From Mobula hypostoma (lineage: Eukaryota), in assembly GCF_963921235.1 (NCBI RefSeq), contig NC_086097.1:39496001-39560000 (forward strand): 64,000 nt of DNA, given 5' to 3'. The notes below the pieces were generated by a model. That model had not been told where the DNA came from and did not search any database. It saw only the letters and a list, made by a program, of their open reading frames with translations. The position numbers and the translations under genes are program-made. Below, in pieces: positions 63,358-64,000 of the stretch. Every line of letters starts with the position of its first letter. Within the stretch, counting starts at the first letter, position 1.

Positions 63358-64000
63358 AGGTAGGCTGTGACACTATGAGTCCATCTTATCGTACAAGATG
63401 TTCATTCAAGGGTCAGATAACAGCTGGATATGCTGTTCATAATTTCATATGATGTTATGAAAATATGGTATCTGTAAACTGCCTGGTATTAGCACTACCA
63501 AAGACAAGTAACAGAGCAACAATTATCAACAGAAGCTTCCCGATTGAAAGCAGTGAAATCACAATTAACAAAATTCATACTATCCATGGAAACCAATACA
63601 GACACCTGTTGATCCTGCAGAAATAACCAGCCTCACTGTCTACACCACTGAACTCTTTCTTATTTCTGAACTTTGACTTTTGATGAGGTATTGTTAACCT
63701 CATTTTGTCAACATTTGTTAAATAAAAAAGGGGAGGAAAGTACCATTGCCAAGTGTGACTATGTGGATATTTACTTGCTGCTGTTCTACCTCCATATGCC
63801 AGCTGTGCTCAGCCACCAGTATAAATAATTATTATCAACACTACTTTCTGATGCACACTGAGTTGTCTGTTTCCATTATTTACTTTACTTTATTACTTCT
63901 CATAAATTGGCATTAATATAGTATATTTTCTACTTTATTGCTCAGGATTTCTCCCCAGGAAGAATGTTGGAGCTGTATTGCAATCTTGCTCTGTGAATAA

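Larger units (their letters stand above)
60765..63445 (-). repeat. LINE 3' tail fragment hosting nested insertions (pieces 60765-60938, 62035-62046, 63358-63445)
   Basis: (gtattg)n tail. The sequence reads through once the two TSD-flanked inserts are removed. Confidence 0.6.

Noticed and set aside
1..64000. Prokaryotic RT-based systems (retron, DGR, group II intron)
   Set aside because: All RTs carry Gypsy or LINE motifs with LTRs or microsatellite tails; no operon structure.

Overview
Eukaryotic, transposon-dense, apparently intronic or intergenic DNA. The repeat inventory (many CR1 LINEs, Rex1/Babar, Penelope-derived short repeats, V/Deu-type SINEs) suggests a cartilaginous fish, probably a ray; this is inference. 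I could not confidently identify any host protein-coding gene, rRNA, tRNA or CRISPR array. Every ORF I recognise is transposon-derived. Contents: (i) four Gypsy LTR elements (a Gmr1-type element with no integrase after RNase H, a chromovirus, a CsRN1-like provirus, an old integrase relic) plus a solo LTR with a 4-bp TSD; (ii) many CR1 fragments, one young and one near full length; (iii) Rex1/Babar, RTE, R4/Rex6 and Penelope remnants; (iv) Tc1, Tigger and hAT DNA transposons. The most interesting signals are RNA-level: an in-phase double slippery site (G GGU UUA AAC) at the CR1 ORF1/ORF2 -1 overlap followed by a G-rich tract, minimal hammerhead motifs in Penelope repeats, and structured 5' ends of two RTE-derived elements. 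Also notable are a terminal hairpin shared by two LTRs, a 5'-inverted CR1 with a TSD and a hAT element with a 6-bp TSD. Boundaries of old repeats are approximate, and family names come from recognising motifs, not from database searches.
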